Shown: positions 27,901 to 38,916 of the stretch, piece after piece
Position numbering within the stretch: the first letter of the stretch is position 1
How the letters are laid out: every line of letters begins with the position of its first letter
Virus record (IMG/VR): IMGVR_UViG_3300043570_003132
Location: 1-64,000 of that record
DNA: 64,000 nt
Source of the DNA: an uncultured virus (IMG/VR IMGVR_UViG_3300043570_003132)
Lineage: Duplodnaviria; Heunggongvirae; Uroviricota; Caudoviricetes
Direction: 5' to 3' (one strand)
The notes under the pieces: model-generated
Seen by the model: only the letters and a program-made list of their open reading frames with translations
Databases searched by the model: none
Told to the model about the DNA's origin: nothing
Translations under genes and position numbers: made by a program

Positions 27901-28628
27901 TGTATATATTTTAAAAATAAATTTGCCAAGACCTCATGTCCTGAAGATGCCATATGATCGTCAATAATAACCTCATTAGTTTCGTCTATTATTCGTAAAC
28001 CACCATTTTCTTTTACGATTTCTTGATATGGTTTATCATATTTTAAAGTATTGGATAATAACCATCTATTATTAATATCGTTAATTTCATCTATTTTATA
28101 CTCAATAATTTTTTTATCTATCGTCCAATAATAAACACGTAATCCTATACTATCGGCAAGTTTATTGATTAAAATTTGATACTTAAATAATTCTTCAATC
28201 CATAAAACATATGTTCTATTAACAAAAATAGATTCAATAACATTTTTATCATATTCAATTGGTATTTGATTAGGTGTTATTGTTGTTATCCTATTAGTTT
28301 TATGATCCGCCCATTTAAATCTTTCCATGTGTGTCCATTCAATGATGACAATATCTCCCCTTTGGAAATCTTTACTTGCCATACATATATTATTAAAAAT
28401 TGAAAAGTTACAGTTTCCTTCCATTCCAGTTTTACCGGTTATACCATCTATTCCACCGTGATTTCTCAATTTCATGTTTAATTGTTCAGACATAATCTGT
28501 GGCCAACTTTTTGGTATAATACCGTTATGATAATTCATGATATAATCGTAACGTGTTGTACCTGGATATTTTATAAATGGATCAAAATTTTCAGTAAAAC
28601 TACATCCAAACGTATATAATGTATTCAT
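27897..28628 (-). CDS. SGNH-like protein
   Basis: FGCSFT, GNCN, DDHMASSGH. Confidence 0.7.
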   Translation of the reverse strand: MNTLYTFGCSFTENFDPFIKYPGTTRYDYIMNYHNGIIPKSWPQIMSEQLNMKLRNHGGIDGITGKTGMEGNCNFSIFNNICMASKDFQRGDIVIIEWTHMERFKWADHKTNRITTITPNQIPIEYDKNVIESIFVNRTYVLWIEELFKYQILINKLADSIGLRVYYWTIDKKIIEYKIDEINDINNRWLLSNTLKYDKPYQEIVKENGGLRIIDETNEVIIDDHMASSGHEVLANLFLKYIQ

Positions 28629-29380
28629 TATTTATTTAATATTTTTGAGTGTCTTTTTATGTGTTTATAAAAATATTCCATTTGATTAATATGTCCATAT
28701 TCTCCCATATGATCATCAATAACTTCGCCGTTTGTTTCTTCCACAATTCTCGCTTTTAAAAGTCCATCAAAAAATTTTGGTAAGTTTAAATAACCCATTA
28801 AACTTGTTTTAATGCTTTCAGGATCATCAATAACGATAAATCTTTCATCAATAAATTTACTATGTTGATTAAATAAAGTGTCATCACTACACCAATGGTA
28901 CACTTCAGCACCTTTTTCCTTAACGACCATGTTAATTAATTTAATCCAATCTAAAACTTCATTAATCCATAATGGATGAGATCTGTTAACAATAATTTCT
29001 TCCAATGTAGTTTTAGAATAACCCGTGTCACTATAATTTGTGGCATTTGGTAATAGTTCAATGACTATATTCTCATTTAAATTAATTACAGGAAATCTAA
29101 GCATACTAGTCCAACCAAATATTAATATATCACCTTTTTTTATTAAGTCACACACATTAATATATTGTCTAAAAATACTATAATTTGATGATCCTCCGAC
29201 ACCACAATTCATGGTTTGATATTCAATTTTTTTACCCAATAATTCAGACCAAACTAACGGAAGTTTTCCACCCTTAAATTTCTTATACCGATCGTATTGA
29301 TTTTCAAATGGATGATAAACACCTTCAATTGGATTATATTCAGCGGTAAAACTACATCCAAACGTCCAAAGTCTATTCAT
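28628..29380 (-). CDS. SGNH-like protein
   Basis: FGCSFTA, NCGVGGSSN, DDHMGEYGH. Confidence 0.7.
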   Translation of the reverse strand: MNRLWTFGCSFTAEYNPIEGVYHPFENQYDRYKKFKGGKLPLVWSELLGKKIEYQTMNCGVGGSSNYSIFRQYINVCDLIKKGDILIFGWTSMLRFPVINLNENIVIELLPNATNYSDTGYSKTTLEEIIVNRSHPLWINEVLDWIKLINMVVKEKGAEVYHWCSDDTLFNQHSKFIDERFIVIDDPESIKTSLMGYLNLPKFFDGLLKARIVEETNGEVIDDHMGEYGHINQMEYFYKHIKRHSKILNK

Positions 29381-29978
29381 TATTAATATAATTTAAAAAT
29401 ACGTCAACCGCTTTATTGTGTCCATTTATACCTAAATGTGTGTCGGGAATTTTTCCCTCTGTTTCATCATACATCGATAAACAATTATTTTGTTTTAATG
29501 TTTGATTGTTTAATTTATGATTTAATCTAAACTCTTCTCCTGACCAAAAATATACATTAAAATTTTTAGATTTGGAAAATGTTTTAATTAAATTTTCCCA
29601 ACTATATATTTCCTCAACCCATTTATCTTGATTTCTATCAGATATAATTTCATTATCAACACCATTTAAGTTAGGGTATACATTTTGAAACTCATTGTTT
29701 TTAACTTTTCTAAATTTAGAAACCAATCCCCAACCAATTATAACAATATCTTTTTCGTTAATTAAATGCGACACATCACAAAAATCTTGAAATATTTGAT
29801 AATTGGAACTACCTGCAATTGCTAAATTTTTAATGTTTGAATTTAATTTTTCCGCCAATAGGTTTGGCCACGATACAATTTCTAATTGTTCCACCATATT
29901 AAGATATTGTCTATGATTATCACTTAAATCTTTTATATTGGCAGTAAAGCTATCTCCAAATGTCCAAAGTGTTCTCAT
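29373..29978 (-). CDS. SGNH-like protein
   Basis: FGDSFTA, NLAIAGSSN, DTHLGINGH. Confidence 0.7.
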   Translation of the reverse strand: MRTLWTFGDSFTANIKDLSDNHRQYLNMVEQLEIVSWPNLLAEKLNSNIKNLAIAGSSNYQIFQDFCDVSHLINEKDIVIIGWGLVSKFRKVKNNEFQNVYPNLNGVDNEIISDRNQDKWVEEIYSWENLIKTFSKSKNFNVYFWSGEEFRLNHKLNNQTLKQNNCLSMYDETEGKIPDTHLGINGHNKAVDVFLNYINNE

Positions 29979-31252
29979 TTACATAAATTTTCAAAAAAAA
30001 GATAATCATCATCAACTATCGTTAAAAGATCTAAAACTTTTTGTTTATTACTTTCAAATCGTTCCTTGTTGTTTTTATAAAAATTTATTAGTTCTTCTTT
30101 TATATTTGATAACCTTACAATTTCATCTACAAACATACCCAAACGTTTTCTTTGGTCTGGTTCCTCATCATAACTATGATTCAAAATATCATCGTAGAAA
30201 TCTAATTTATATTTTTCCTTTACCATCTTAATGTGGTTATGTGTTGATAAAATAACAGGCATTTGGTAATAGTAAAATGGTTTAAATGATTTTTCAGATA
30301 TGTGTATATTATTGTTTGAATCTAAAAACATTGATTCCGTTATAATATTAACATATGTGTTCTCATAATTTTTAGGATATTCAGGTGTATGCATCCATAT
30401 CGGAAAATCTTTATTATTAACCTCACTAAATTCGTGAAACCAATCTTTTTCAACCTCGTAATCACTTTTCTTAAAGTGTAATTCATTGAAGTATTTCATC
30501 TCCTCTTCCAACATAACTCTATCCTCTTTTGAAAATAATGGGTAGTAATAACTTTCTATTGGTCTACAGTCATATCCGGGTACTAATGACCAATTAATAT
30601 CATCCAATAAATTATATTTTTTTAAGAAACACAATAAACCATATCTGTGAATTTTAGGGGATTTGTTAAATAATTGAAAGAACTTACCCTCTTTTATCGG
30701 TTCAAAATCACAACCGCCCACTTTTTTCAAGACCTTTGTGGATGAATGTGGAACAAATCTTATTGTGTGTACATTTATTTGTGATTGATGTTTTTCTTTG
30801 TATTCGGGTAATTTATAATTGTTATTTACGATGTAAATTTGTTTCTCGTTTATACCTATTCCTCGAACAAAATCTAAAATTTTCTTAAAACTTTCTTCAC
30901 AATCAGGTTCGTGTTCGGTTAGGAACATAACAAAGAAATTTGTACATTTTTTTAAACAATCAACGACACCGTCATTAAAAGGTGTTATACCATTCTCAAA
31001 AAAATCACTAATAAATTCTCCCCCATGATTTATAATATAATAGTAATTTTGTGTTGGGTTATTACTCACTTCAGACATTGTACAGGTTCTTTGTATAAAT
31101 TTATCACCATATGATGTATCATCTATAAAATGTTTGATTAAATTCCTTGAATCACAAACTCCTCTTTTTGGATAACGAAATATTATATTGGGAATTGGTT
31201 CTTCGGTGTATTCATCAAAATTATCATAAACCAAATTTAAAACTTTCTGCAT
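29975..31252 (-). CDS. Uncharacterised family protein (NIITES...ISEKSFKPF motif), possible GT-B glycosyltransferase
   Basis: NKSPKIHR, YVNIITES, HISEKSFKPFYYYQMP, HSYD; paralogous to 3 other genes in the window. Confidence 0.6.
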   Translation of the reverse strand: MQKVLNLVYDNFDEYTEEPIPNIIFRYPKRGVCDSRNLIKHFIDDTSYGDKFIQRTCTMSEVSNNPTQNYYYIINHGGEFISDFFENGITPFNDGVVDCLKKCTNFFVMFLTEHEPDCEESFKKILDFVRGIGINEKQIYIVNNNYKLPEYKEKHQSQINVHTIRFVPHSSTKVLKKVGGCDFEPIKEGKFFQLFNKSPKIHRYGLLCFLKKYNLLDDINWSLVPGYDCRPIESYYYPLFSKEDRVMLEEEMKYFNELHFKKSDYEVEKDWFHEFSEVNNKDFPIWMHTPEYPKNYENTYVNIITESMFLDSNNNIHISEKSFKPFYYYQMPVILSTHNHIKMVKEKYKLDFYDDILNHSYDEEPDQRKRLGMFVDEIVRLSNIKEELINFYKNNKERFESNKQKVLDLLTIVDDDYLFFENLCK

Positions 31253-33789
31253 TATATTAAATTTTCAAAAAACGAATAATCTTTTTGGATGTACTCCAAT
31301 AAATTTATAATTATTTTTTTATTATTTTCGAATCTATCTTGATTATTTCTATAGAATTCAGTAAATAAATCTTTATTGTCATTTATTCTTTTTATTTCAT
31401 CAATAATCATTATGAGTCTTTTTTTGTGGTCAGATTCACCATCGTAACTATGATCTATAATATCATCAAAAAAATCTAATCCATATTCTTCTTTCATTTG
31501 TTTTACATGTCCTTTAGAGGCAACAAATATTGGAAACTGATAATAAAAAAATGGTTTAAAGGATTTTTCTGAGATATGAACGGTATTTGGTAATCTATTG
31601 AATACAGATTCTGTTGTAATATTAACGTATGAGTTTATATATGTATCCACAATTTCAATCTCAGTTAATTTTTGTGATAAATTACGCTTTTCATTATCAT
31701 CATCTTTATTATAAGTAAACATATTATTTTCATAATCACTTAATTTATAATTAACTTCTAAAAGATATTTAAATAAATTTTCTAATTCTTTATCTTCATT
31801 TATAACGTCTTCCATAAAATCAGGATGAATTGTTTCGTTCTTATTTGGAATAAATGACCAATTAACATGATCTATTAAATTATATTTCATTAATAAACAC
31901 AATAACGCCGTTCTATGTGGTTTAATTGATTTATTAAATGTCATAAAAAATTTACCTTGTTTATTTGTCGTAAATTCACATCCACCTCCGTCTCTCATAT
32001 CCCTAATTTTACAAAAAAGTAAAAAATTAATCTTATAAACATTAATATCACTATTATATTTCTTTTTATATTCTTCTAATTTTGAATTGTTATTGATACA
32101 ATATATTTGAGACAAATTTACATTTTTTTTAATGAAGTAATTGTTGATTAAAACAAATACATTTTCATCAATAGGTTCATGTTCAGTGATTAATAATAAC
32201 TTAAAATTTTTATATTGCTTTAATTTTTCAATTACCTCATTAGTTATTACAAAATCTTCATTTTCTTTAGTTATAAAAGTGGGGTTAATGTGATGATTAA
32301 TTATGTAAAAAAAATTACCATATTCATTAATTTCATTTAATTTATATTTTTTTATTAAAAATTCTCCCTTTTTTACATTTACTAAAGTATGATTTAATAA
32401 ACTATCTCCATCGTTAAAGGCCCATTTATTATCGTAGTATATTGAACCATTTGAAATTGGGTTATTGTTTTGCCAAACATCGTATACCAAATTAAATGAT
32501 TTTATATTAAGGTCCTTCCAAACATTGTTGATCAAATTTGATATTTCTTTATTAATATTGTTTGATCCATATTTTAATCCATAAAGTCTTATAAAATTTT
32601 GTTGGTTATGGTTACAAACTTCTTTCATTTCTTCTCTAATTGAAGATAATTCTTCTTTAGATTTTTGGCTATAATCAATTAATATTTTAATAATTTTATT
32701 AATTCTAATAGTTTCATCATTGTCGTTGTCATAATCTTCGTTAAACCATTTATCAAAGGTTTTATACCCAATTGATTTAAGAAATTTTAACGTTCCTTTA
32801 TTTCCTAATATTATAAATGGATGACCAACCATAATTGGTTTCCAAGTTTTTTCTGATATGAATAAAGTGTCTTCATATGTTAACGTTTCAGATATTACAG
32901 AAATAAATGTTTTATCATAATCTTCCGTTGTTATATTACATGCCAAATTATAATGTAAATTTGGTGCCGATTCAATGTGAATTGGTGAATTATCTTTTAA
33001 AAAATTAAAATGATTAATATCATTCTCAGATATTAAATAAATTTCAGGATCGTACATATTAACATCCCCTAAACTCACAAATCCTCTATTAAAAATATTA
33101 TTTTTTAGTAATTCAATTAAAAATCTAACTCTGTGTGGTCTTGGGTTTCTATTATACATTAAAAATAAATTTCTATCATCAATAGTTTTATACTCAACAA
33201 TTTTCTCATATGAAAATTTATTCCACGCCTCAAAATCTAAAATAGGTTCAACATTTATATGTAATTCTTTATTTCTTACAATTTCTTTACTCAACAAATT
33301 ACCACACGCATAATAGACCGAAAATGAAGGTAAATTAGATTCCTTTCTCCATTTTTCTATTATTTCAAAATCATCGTTTCCTTTAGAACCTGAATATCCT
33401 TCATATGTTAAAAATAATAATATTTTACATTTACCATTTCTAACGTCCTCCAAATATTTCTCAGATACACATTTAAACCCAATATCATAATTATCCCTAA
33501 AAAAAGACATATTATAAATATTTATTATGTATATGTGTTTATTGTTACCTATTTTATCTATTGTCAGATATGTAATATTATGGTTATATATTGAGGGGCA
33601 CACTTTACCTTTGAAGAAATCCGAACTAAACATTTCACCATTTTCAGAAAAAATATCCCAATCTCCCCACATAAGGGGTCTTGATATTCTTTTTAATTCT
33701 TTGATGTACCAACTTTTAGAAGATCCATTAGGTCTATAAAAATCTAATATACTATCCCATTCTTCTAAACTACATATAATTTTGTCCAT
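31252..33789 (-). CDS. Tandem two-domain member of the same SEKxxKP family
   Basis: Two copies: NRNPRPHR...ISETL...FISEKTWKP and NKSIKPHR...NITTES...HISEKSFKPFFYYQFP; start re-called at MDKIIC (33789) because the longer start overlaps the promoter. Confidence 0.65.
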   Translation of the reverse strand: MDKIICSLEEWDSILDFYRPNGSSKSWYIKELKRISRPLMWGDWDIFSENGEMFSSDFFKGKVCPSIYNHNITYLTIDKIGNNKHIYIINIYNMSFFRDNYDIGFKCVSEKYLEDVRNGKCKILLFLTYEGYSGSKGNDDFEIIEKWRKESNLPSFSVYYACGNLLSKEIVRNKELHINVEPILDFEAWNKFSYEKIVEYKTIDDRNLFLMYNRNPRPHRVRFLIELLKNNIFNRGFVSLGDVNMYDPEIYLISENDINHFNFLKDNSPIHIESAPNLHYNLACNITTEDYDKTFISVISETLTYEDTLFISEKTWKPIMVGHPFIILGNKGTLKFLKSIGYKTFDKWFNEDYDNDNDETIRINKIIKILIDYSQKSKEELSSIREEMKEVCNHNQQNFIRLYGLKYGSNNINKEISNLINNVWKDLNIKSFNLVYDVWQNNNPISNGSIYYDNKWAFNDGDSLLNHTLVNVKKGEFLIKKYKLNEINEYGNFFYIINHHINPTFITKENEDFVITNEVIEKLKQYKNFKLLLITEHEPIDENVFVLINNYFIKKNVNLSQIYCINNNSKLEEYKKKYNSDINVYKINFLLFCKIRDMRDGGGCEFTTNKQGKFFMTFNKSIKPHRTALLCLLMKYNLIDHVNWSFIPNKNETIHPDFMEDVINEDKELENLFKYLLEVNYKLSDYENNMFTYNKDDDNEKRNLSQKLTEIEIVDTYINSYVNITTESVFNRLPNTVHISEKSFKPFFYYQFPIFVASKGHVKQMKEEYGLDFFDDIIDHSYDGESDHKKRLIMIIDEIKRINDNKDLFTEFYRNNQDRFENNKKIIINLLEYIQKDYSFFENLI

Positions 33790-33802
33790 AATATTATATA
33801 AT

Positions 33803-33860
33803 AATATAAATAAAAAAAATCGTAATAACAATTTGTAATTAGAGATTTTTTTAGTATATT
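33803..33860. promoter_or_regulatory. Back-to-back divergent sigma70-like promoters
   Basis: Minus: TTGTTA-N17-TATATT (33831-33803); plus: TTGTAA-N16-TATATT (33833-33860). Confidence 0.6.
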
Positions 33861-33866
33861 TTATAT

Positions 33867-34838
33867 ATGAAAATATTAATTACGGGAGGTGCTGGTTATC
33901 TTGGTTCCGTTATAACGGGTAAGATGTTATCTGAAGGTCACGAGGTGGTAGTTCTTGATAAGTTAATCTTTAATCAAGTATCTTTATTATCTTATACTTC
34001 AAACCCAAATTTTAAGTTTATACATGGTGATGTTCGTAATGAAGTATTATTAGAGAGATTATGTAATGAGGTTGATGTTATTATACCATTAGCTGCAATT
34101 GTGGGATTTCCCGCATGTGCATCTGAACCTGAATTGGCTAAAGAAATTAATTTTAGTCAAATTGTTAATATCGTAAAATACTGTAACGGTAAAGGTAAAA
34201 AAATATTATATCCAAATACAAATAGTGGTTACGGTTTAGGAACAGGTCAACTTGAATGTGATGAGGAATCACCATTAACACCAATATCTGTTTATGGTCA
34301 AACTAAATGTGAGGCTGAAAATTTCTTAAGGACCTCCACTGACGCCATTGTTTTTAGATTAGCCACCGTATTTGGTGTGTCTCCTCGTATGAGGACTGAT
34401 TTATTAGTAAATGATTTTACATATAAAGCAATAACAGACAAATATATTGTTGTGTTTGAAAAATCATTCAAACGTAATTTTATTCATATTCAAGACGTTG
34501 CAAATGTATTCTTGTTTATGTTGACTAACTATGAACAATATAAGGGTGAAGTCTTTAATGTTGGTTTAAGTGATGCTAATTTAAGTAAACAAGAATTATT
34601 AGAAAAAATTCAATCTCACGTTAAAAACTTTGCGGTATCATATAATGACTATTACGAAGATCCCGACAAAAGGGATTACATAGTATCAAACACTAAAATA
34701 GAGTCGACTGGATGGTACCCAAAATGGACTATAGATATGGGTATTAAAGAATTAATAATGGCCTACCAAATGATAGTACCAAGAATGGGTGCTGAATTTA
34801 GAAATGGTTTTCCTTTAGGATACGCAAATCAAACATAA
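33867..34838 (+). CDS. NAD-dependent NDP-sugar epimerase/dehydratase
   Basis: TGGAGYLGS, LAAIVG, YGQTK, RLATVFGVSPRMRTDLLVN. Confidence 0.9.
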   Translation: MKILITGGAGYLGSVITGKMLSEGHEVVVLDKLIFNQVSLLSYTSNPNFKFIHGDVRNEVLLERLCNEVDVIIPLAAIVGFPACASEPELAKEINFSQIVNIVKYCNGKGKKILYPNTNSGYGLGTGQLECDEESPLTPISVYGQTKCEAENFLRTSTDAIVFRLATVFGVSPRMRTDLLVNDFTYKAITDKYIVVFEKSFKRNFIHIQDVANVFLFMLTNYEQYKGEVFNVGLSDANLSKQELLEKIQSHVKNFAVSYNDYYEDPDKRDYIVSNTKIESTGWYPKWTIDMGIKELIMAYQMIVPRMGAEFRNGFPLGYANQT

Positions 34839-34839
34839 T

Positions 34840-35385
34840 ATGAGTAATAAATGGGATGAGTTCATAGAAACTCCGTCAAAAAAATTCGGGTATCAAGTAC
34901 CCATATTTACACCTTCAATTTATAGAGAATATAGAGGTGAGATATTCACGACATTTCATAGTGAGGAACATCCTGTAATGAAACACATTCATTATGAGAA
35001 ATCTGAAATTAGTATTCACGGTAGATTCTCAAAATCATATAAAGGTGTATTAAGAGGATTACATTATGATAATAAAACTTGGAAATTGGTACAAGCTGCA
35101 GTCGGTGATATATATTTAATAGTGTTAGATATGAGACCAACGTCGGACACCTTCGGTGAATGGGAATCTTTTATGATAACTGAAAAAGATAGGAACCAGG
35201 TATTGGTACCACCAGGATTTGCGAATGGACATTACGCACTAACCGATTGTATGTTTCATTATAACTTATTTTACAAAGATGGTTATGTTGATGCTAACGA
35301 ACAAGGTGTTGTTAAATGGAATGATCCTGAATATCAAATGGAATGGCCAACAGATAAACCAACATTACAAAAAAGAGACAGATGA
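34840..35385 (+). CDS. rmlC: dTDP-4-dehydrorhamnose 3,5-epimerase family (cupin)
   Basis: RGEIF, SYKGVLRGLHY, KLVQ, DMRPTSDTFGEW, VPPGFANGH, WNDP. Confidence 0.85.
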   Translation: MSNKWDEFIETPSKKFGYQVPIFTPSIYREYRGEIFTTFHSEEHPVMKHIHYEKSEISIHGRFSKSYKGVLRGLHYDNKTWKLVQAAVGDIYLIVLDMRPTSDTFGEWESFMITEKDRNQVLVPPGFANGHYALTDCMFHYNLFYKDGYVDANEQGVVKWNDPEYQMEWPTDKPTLQKRDR

Positions 35386-36017
35386 TTAAAAATTTAGTAG
35401 ATGAATTACCAATGGTCAATAATCCGTTATGGGATAAAGCTGGTTTAATTCAATTTGAAAGAAAAATGGCGGATCATTGGGAATCCGGTAAGGTAAAAGG
35501 TCCAATACACTTAAGTGGTGGTAATGAAGATGAATTAATTGAAATATTTAAATACATTAAGAAAACAGATTGGGTATTCTCAACTTGGAGATCTCATTAT
35601 CATGCACTACTTAAAGGTATTCCATCTGAATGGTTAGAAGAAGAGATACTTGCTGGTCGTTCTATTACTATAGTTAGTAAAGAACATAAGTTTTATTCAT
35701 CAGCAATAGTTGGTGCGATTATTCCAATTGCAACAGGTGTTGCACTCGCAAATAAGAGAGATGGTAAGGATGATAAAGTTTGGTGTTTTATTGGTGATAT
35801 GGCATTTGAAACTGGTGGTTTTTATGAAATGCACAAATACGCTCAACGTTATGATTTACCAATACGTTTTGTTGTTGAGGATAACGGTGTATCTACAAAT
35901 ACACCTACGGAAGAAACTTGGAATGGAATAAAAAGAGAAGTACCTAATGATGTTATTTGGTATAATTATAAAAAAGAGTGGCCGCACTACGGAACAGGAA
36001 AATGGGTGATTTTTTAA
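35382..36017 (+). CDS. TPP-dependent dehydrogenase E1 alpha-like subunit (short)
   Basis: GPIHLSGGNE, STWRSHYHALLKG, SAIVG, GDMAFETG...VVEDN TPP motif. Confidence 0.85.
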   Translation: MIKNLVDELPMVNNPLWDKAGLIQFERKMADHWESGKVKGPIHLSGGNEDELIEIFKYIKKTDWVFSTWRSHYHALLKGIPSEWLEEEILAGRSITIVSKEHKFYSSAIVGAIIPIATGVALANKRDGKDDKVWCFIGDMAFETGGFYEMHKYAQRYDLPIRFVVEDNGVSTNTPTEETWNGIKREVPNDVIWYNYKKEWPHYGTGKWVIF

Positions 36018-37264
36018 ATGTAGTTTACGATAATTGGGATGAGAATGTTAATCCCAAACCAAATTTAGAAAATATGTTTGGTCAAAATAAATTCAAAGTT
36101 GTAAATGGACTTTTTCGTTATTATGAAATGATGTTTAAAGTAAGATTATGGAACATATTAGATGTTTATAATAATCCAAATGAAAATTTTTATTATTTTA
36201 TTAATCCAATAGGTAATAGTTTATACCTATTTCATGAATATGGTGATATACCATTACCAGATGACGTTAAAGAATGTTTTTTAAAATGTAAAAATTTTAA
36301 CATAGTTTTCTTAAACGAACATGAATATGAAGAATTTGAATATTTGGAATTTATACATAATAAATCATTAAAACACGGATTTGACCACTCTAGAATTTTT
36401 GTTTTAAATAATAATTCAAAATTAAAATTATATAAAGAACAAATAGGTACATCAATTAATGTTTATACTTTAGAATTCTTACTTAATTTTATTTCAGGTC
36501 ATATGTTAGAATATATTAGTGAACATAAACCTATAAAAGAAGGTAAATTTTTTCTTTGCCACAATAGATCGCCTAAACCACATAGATATTCTCTTTTGGT
36601 TTTACTAAGAAATAATAATTTATTGGATCAAGTAGATTGGTCATTAATAATGGGGTGGAATAGAAAACAAAATTTAGTAGGTGGTGATGTTTCCAAAAAT
36701 TTCTTTTCTCGATTTTTTAATTTTATCGAATATGAAAATCTTAAAGACGATATAGATTTTTTTGAAAATATAGGTATTAAAAAAAGTATATATGAGAATG
36801 AAACAAATTGGTTTAGTGAAGGTGACTTATCCCCTAATTTTAATTGGAAAGATATTTATGAATTACGATCTTTTCATGAGAGTTATGTAAATGTTGTAAC
36901 AGAGTCTAATTTTTTTAGTGATAGTGTTCATATAACTGAAAAATCAATAAAACCATTTTATTTTTATCAGCTACCCATTTTTCTATCGGGGGTTGATCAT
37001 GTGAAATTTTTAAAAAATAAATATGATTTTGACTTTTTTGATGAAATTATAGATCATAGTTATGATAATATTAAAGATAACAAAAAAAGATTATTTGCTG
37101 TTTTTAATGAAATAAAAAGGCTTTTTAGTAATAAAGAAGAAATTATTAATTTTTATATAAATAATAAAGATAGATTTGAAGAAAATAAAAATAAAGTGAT
37201 TAAAATTAAAAAGGTCAATTCTGATGTAGATTATTTTAACTCATTAATAAATAAAACATTTTAA
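36002..37264 (+). CDS. SEKxxKP family protein (paralog of 29975-31252)
   Basis: HNRSPKPHR, YVNVVTES, HITEKSIKPFYFYQLP, HSYD; start re-called at MGDFLN (36002). Confidence 0.6.
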   Translation: MGDFLNVVYDNWDENVNPKPNLENMFGQNKFKVVNGLFRYYEMMFKVRLWNILDVYNNPNENFYYFINPIGNSLYLFHEYGDIPLPDDVKECFLKCKNFNIVFLNEHEYEEFEYLEFIHNKSLKHGFDHSRIFVLNNNSKLKLYKEQIGTSINVYTLEFLLNFISGHMLEYISEHKPIKEGKFFLCHNRSPKPHRYSLLVLLRNNNLLDQVDWSLIMGWNRKQNLVGGDVSKNFFSRFFNFIEYENLKDDIDFFENIGIKKSIYENETNWFSEGDLSPNFNWKDIYELRSFHESYVNVVTESNFFSDSVHITEKSIKPFYFYQLPIFLSGVDHVKFLKNKYDFDFFDEIIDHSYDNIKDNKKRLFAVFNEIKRLFSNKEEIINFYINNKDRFEENKNKVIKIKKVNSDVDYFNSLINKTF

Positions 37265-37265
37265 A

Positions 37266-38915
37266 ATGAAAAACGTGTTGATAACCGGTTGTTCTGGTTT
37301 ATTAGGAACATATTTAATAAAAAAATTCTTAACAATTCAAAATTCGTATAAAGTAATTGGAGTTGATATTGTTGACACTAAATTAAATTTTAAACAGCCT
37401 AATTTTGTTTTTGAGAAATTAGATTTAACTGATGAAAAAAATATAAAATATCTTTTTGATAAGTATAAACCTGATTTAGTAATCAATTCTTTTGGAATTA
37501 AAGGATCTCCATTGAAGGCTAAAAATCAACCTGTTGACTTTTTATACCCATCATTAAAAATTAATACTGAAATAATTAATCAATCATATAAAAATAATAG
37601 TTGGTTAATATTTGTTAGTTCGGTTGGGGTTTACTCTCCTGCTGAGAAATTTGTCGAAGATGATGTATGGAAAACTTTACCTTCTGAGAACGATTGGTAC
37701 CCTTCTTGGTCAAAAAGGGTTGGTGAACTTTTATTAGAGTCATATAAAGTGCAATATGGTTATGATAAATGGTCCATCATAAGACCCGCAAACATATTTG
37801 GTGATTATGATGATTTTAGTGGTAATGGTACCGTAATATCAACTACAATTAAGAAAATATGGGAATCTGAAGGGACAATGGAATGTTGGGGAGATGGTAG
37901 TCCAACTAGAGACTTTGTATTTGGTGATGACGTTGCGGACGCAATATATAAAATGTATGAAAATAAAATTAATGATATTGTAAATTTTGGTTCAGGAGAA
38001 GAAATTACTATTAAATCGATGATAGAAGATTTAATATCCATTAGTAAAAAGAATATTTCGATTACTTGGGATTCTTCAAAACCTAATGGTGATTTAAGAA
38101 GACAAATGGATACCACAAAACAAGAAAAATACGATTTATTACCAACAACTTCATTTAAAAGAGCGTTAGAAAGGACATATTATTACTACATTTCCCAATT
38201 TAAAACCGAAGAATTATCTTTTTTAAAAAGAGATTTGTTTGATAATGGATTTTATGTTGGTAAATTAGACGAAATTTTTACTGATATAAATACATTAAAT
38301 GGTAAAATAGAAGAATTAAAATCATTATCAAAAACTAAAGAATACTATAGTGCTAGATTTGATTACAATTTAAGTGATAACGAACCTAGATATAAAATTA
38401 GTTTAAATGAAGAAGAATATGAAGAAAGGAAAAAATTTGTAAAAGAAAATAATAAAAAAGTGGTTCAAAAATGGTGGGAAAGCACAAGTCCTGTTTTTAA
38501 CGAATTAAAAAATTATTTTAATGATGAAGTAGTAAAATGTTTAAAGAAAATTTATCCTGAATCAATTGGTAATGAATTACATAATTCTAATTTTACATTA
38601 TATGAAAATGGAGATTTTATCACCCCACATAGAGATGGATTTAATATATCAAGATATTGTGTTATATTAATTTACTTATCAGATGAAAAAGACTACAATA
38701 ATGGTGGTGGTGAATTAGTTATAATTGAAAATGGAGTAGAAGTTGTGGTCCCTCCTATAAAAGGTAACTTCGCAATATTAGACTTTACAAGAAATAACGC
38801 AAATCACGCAGTTAATCCAGTTAAAAATGATTTCGTAAGATATACGTATATTAATTTTTATCAAAATGAAAAAATACATTTAGAAGAAATGGAAAAAAAT
38901 ACAAAATATAAATAA
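37266..38915 (+). CDS. Fusion: GDP-fucose-synthase-like SDR + 2OG-Fe(II) oxygenase
   Basis: TGCSGLLG, RPANIFG, WGDGSPTRDF, KPNG; C-terminal PHRDG, GGGELV, HAVNPV...RY. Confidence 0.8.
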   Translation: MKNVLITGCSGLLGTYLIKKFLTIQNSYKVIGVDIVDTKLNFKQPNFVFEKLDLTDEKNIKYLFDKYKPDLVINSFGIKGSPLKAKNQPVDFLYPSLKINTEIINQSYKNNSWLIFVSSVGVYSPAEKFVEDDVWKTLPSENDWYPSWSKRVGELLLESYKVQYGYDKWSIIRPANIFGDYDDFSGNGTVISTTIKKIWESEGTMECWGDGSPTRDFVFGDDVADAIYKMYENKINDIVNFGSGEEITIKSMIEDLISISKKNISITWDSSKPNGDLRRQMDTTKQEKYDLLPTTSFKRALERTYYYYISQFKTEELSFLKRDLFDNGFYVGKLDEIFTDINTLNGKIEELKSLSKTKEYYSARFDYNLSDNEPRYKISLNEEEYEERKKFVKENNKKVVQKWWESTSPVFNELKNYFNDEVVKCLKKIYPESIGNELHNSNFTLYENGDFITPHRDGFNISRYCVILIYLSDEKDYNNGGGELVIIENGVEVVVPPIKGNFAILDFTRNNANHAVNPVKNDFVRYTYINFYQNEKIHLEEMEKNTKYK

Positions 38916-38916
38916 A

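Noticed and set aside
33790..33831. N-terminal MLLRFFLFILLYNI as a signal peptide
   Set aside because: Derives from a TTG start inside the AT-rich promoter; the real start is more likely ATG 33789
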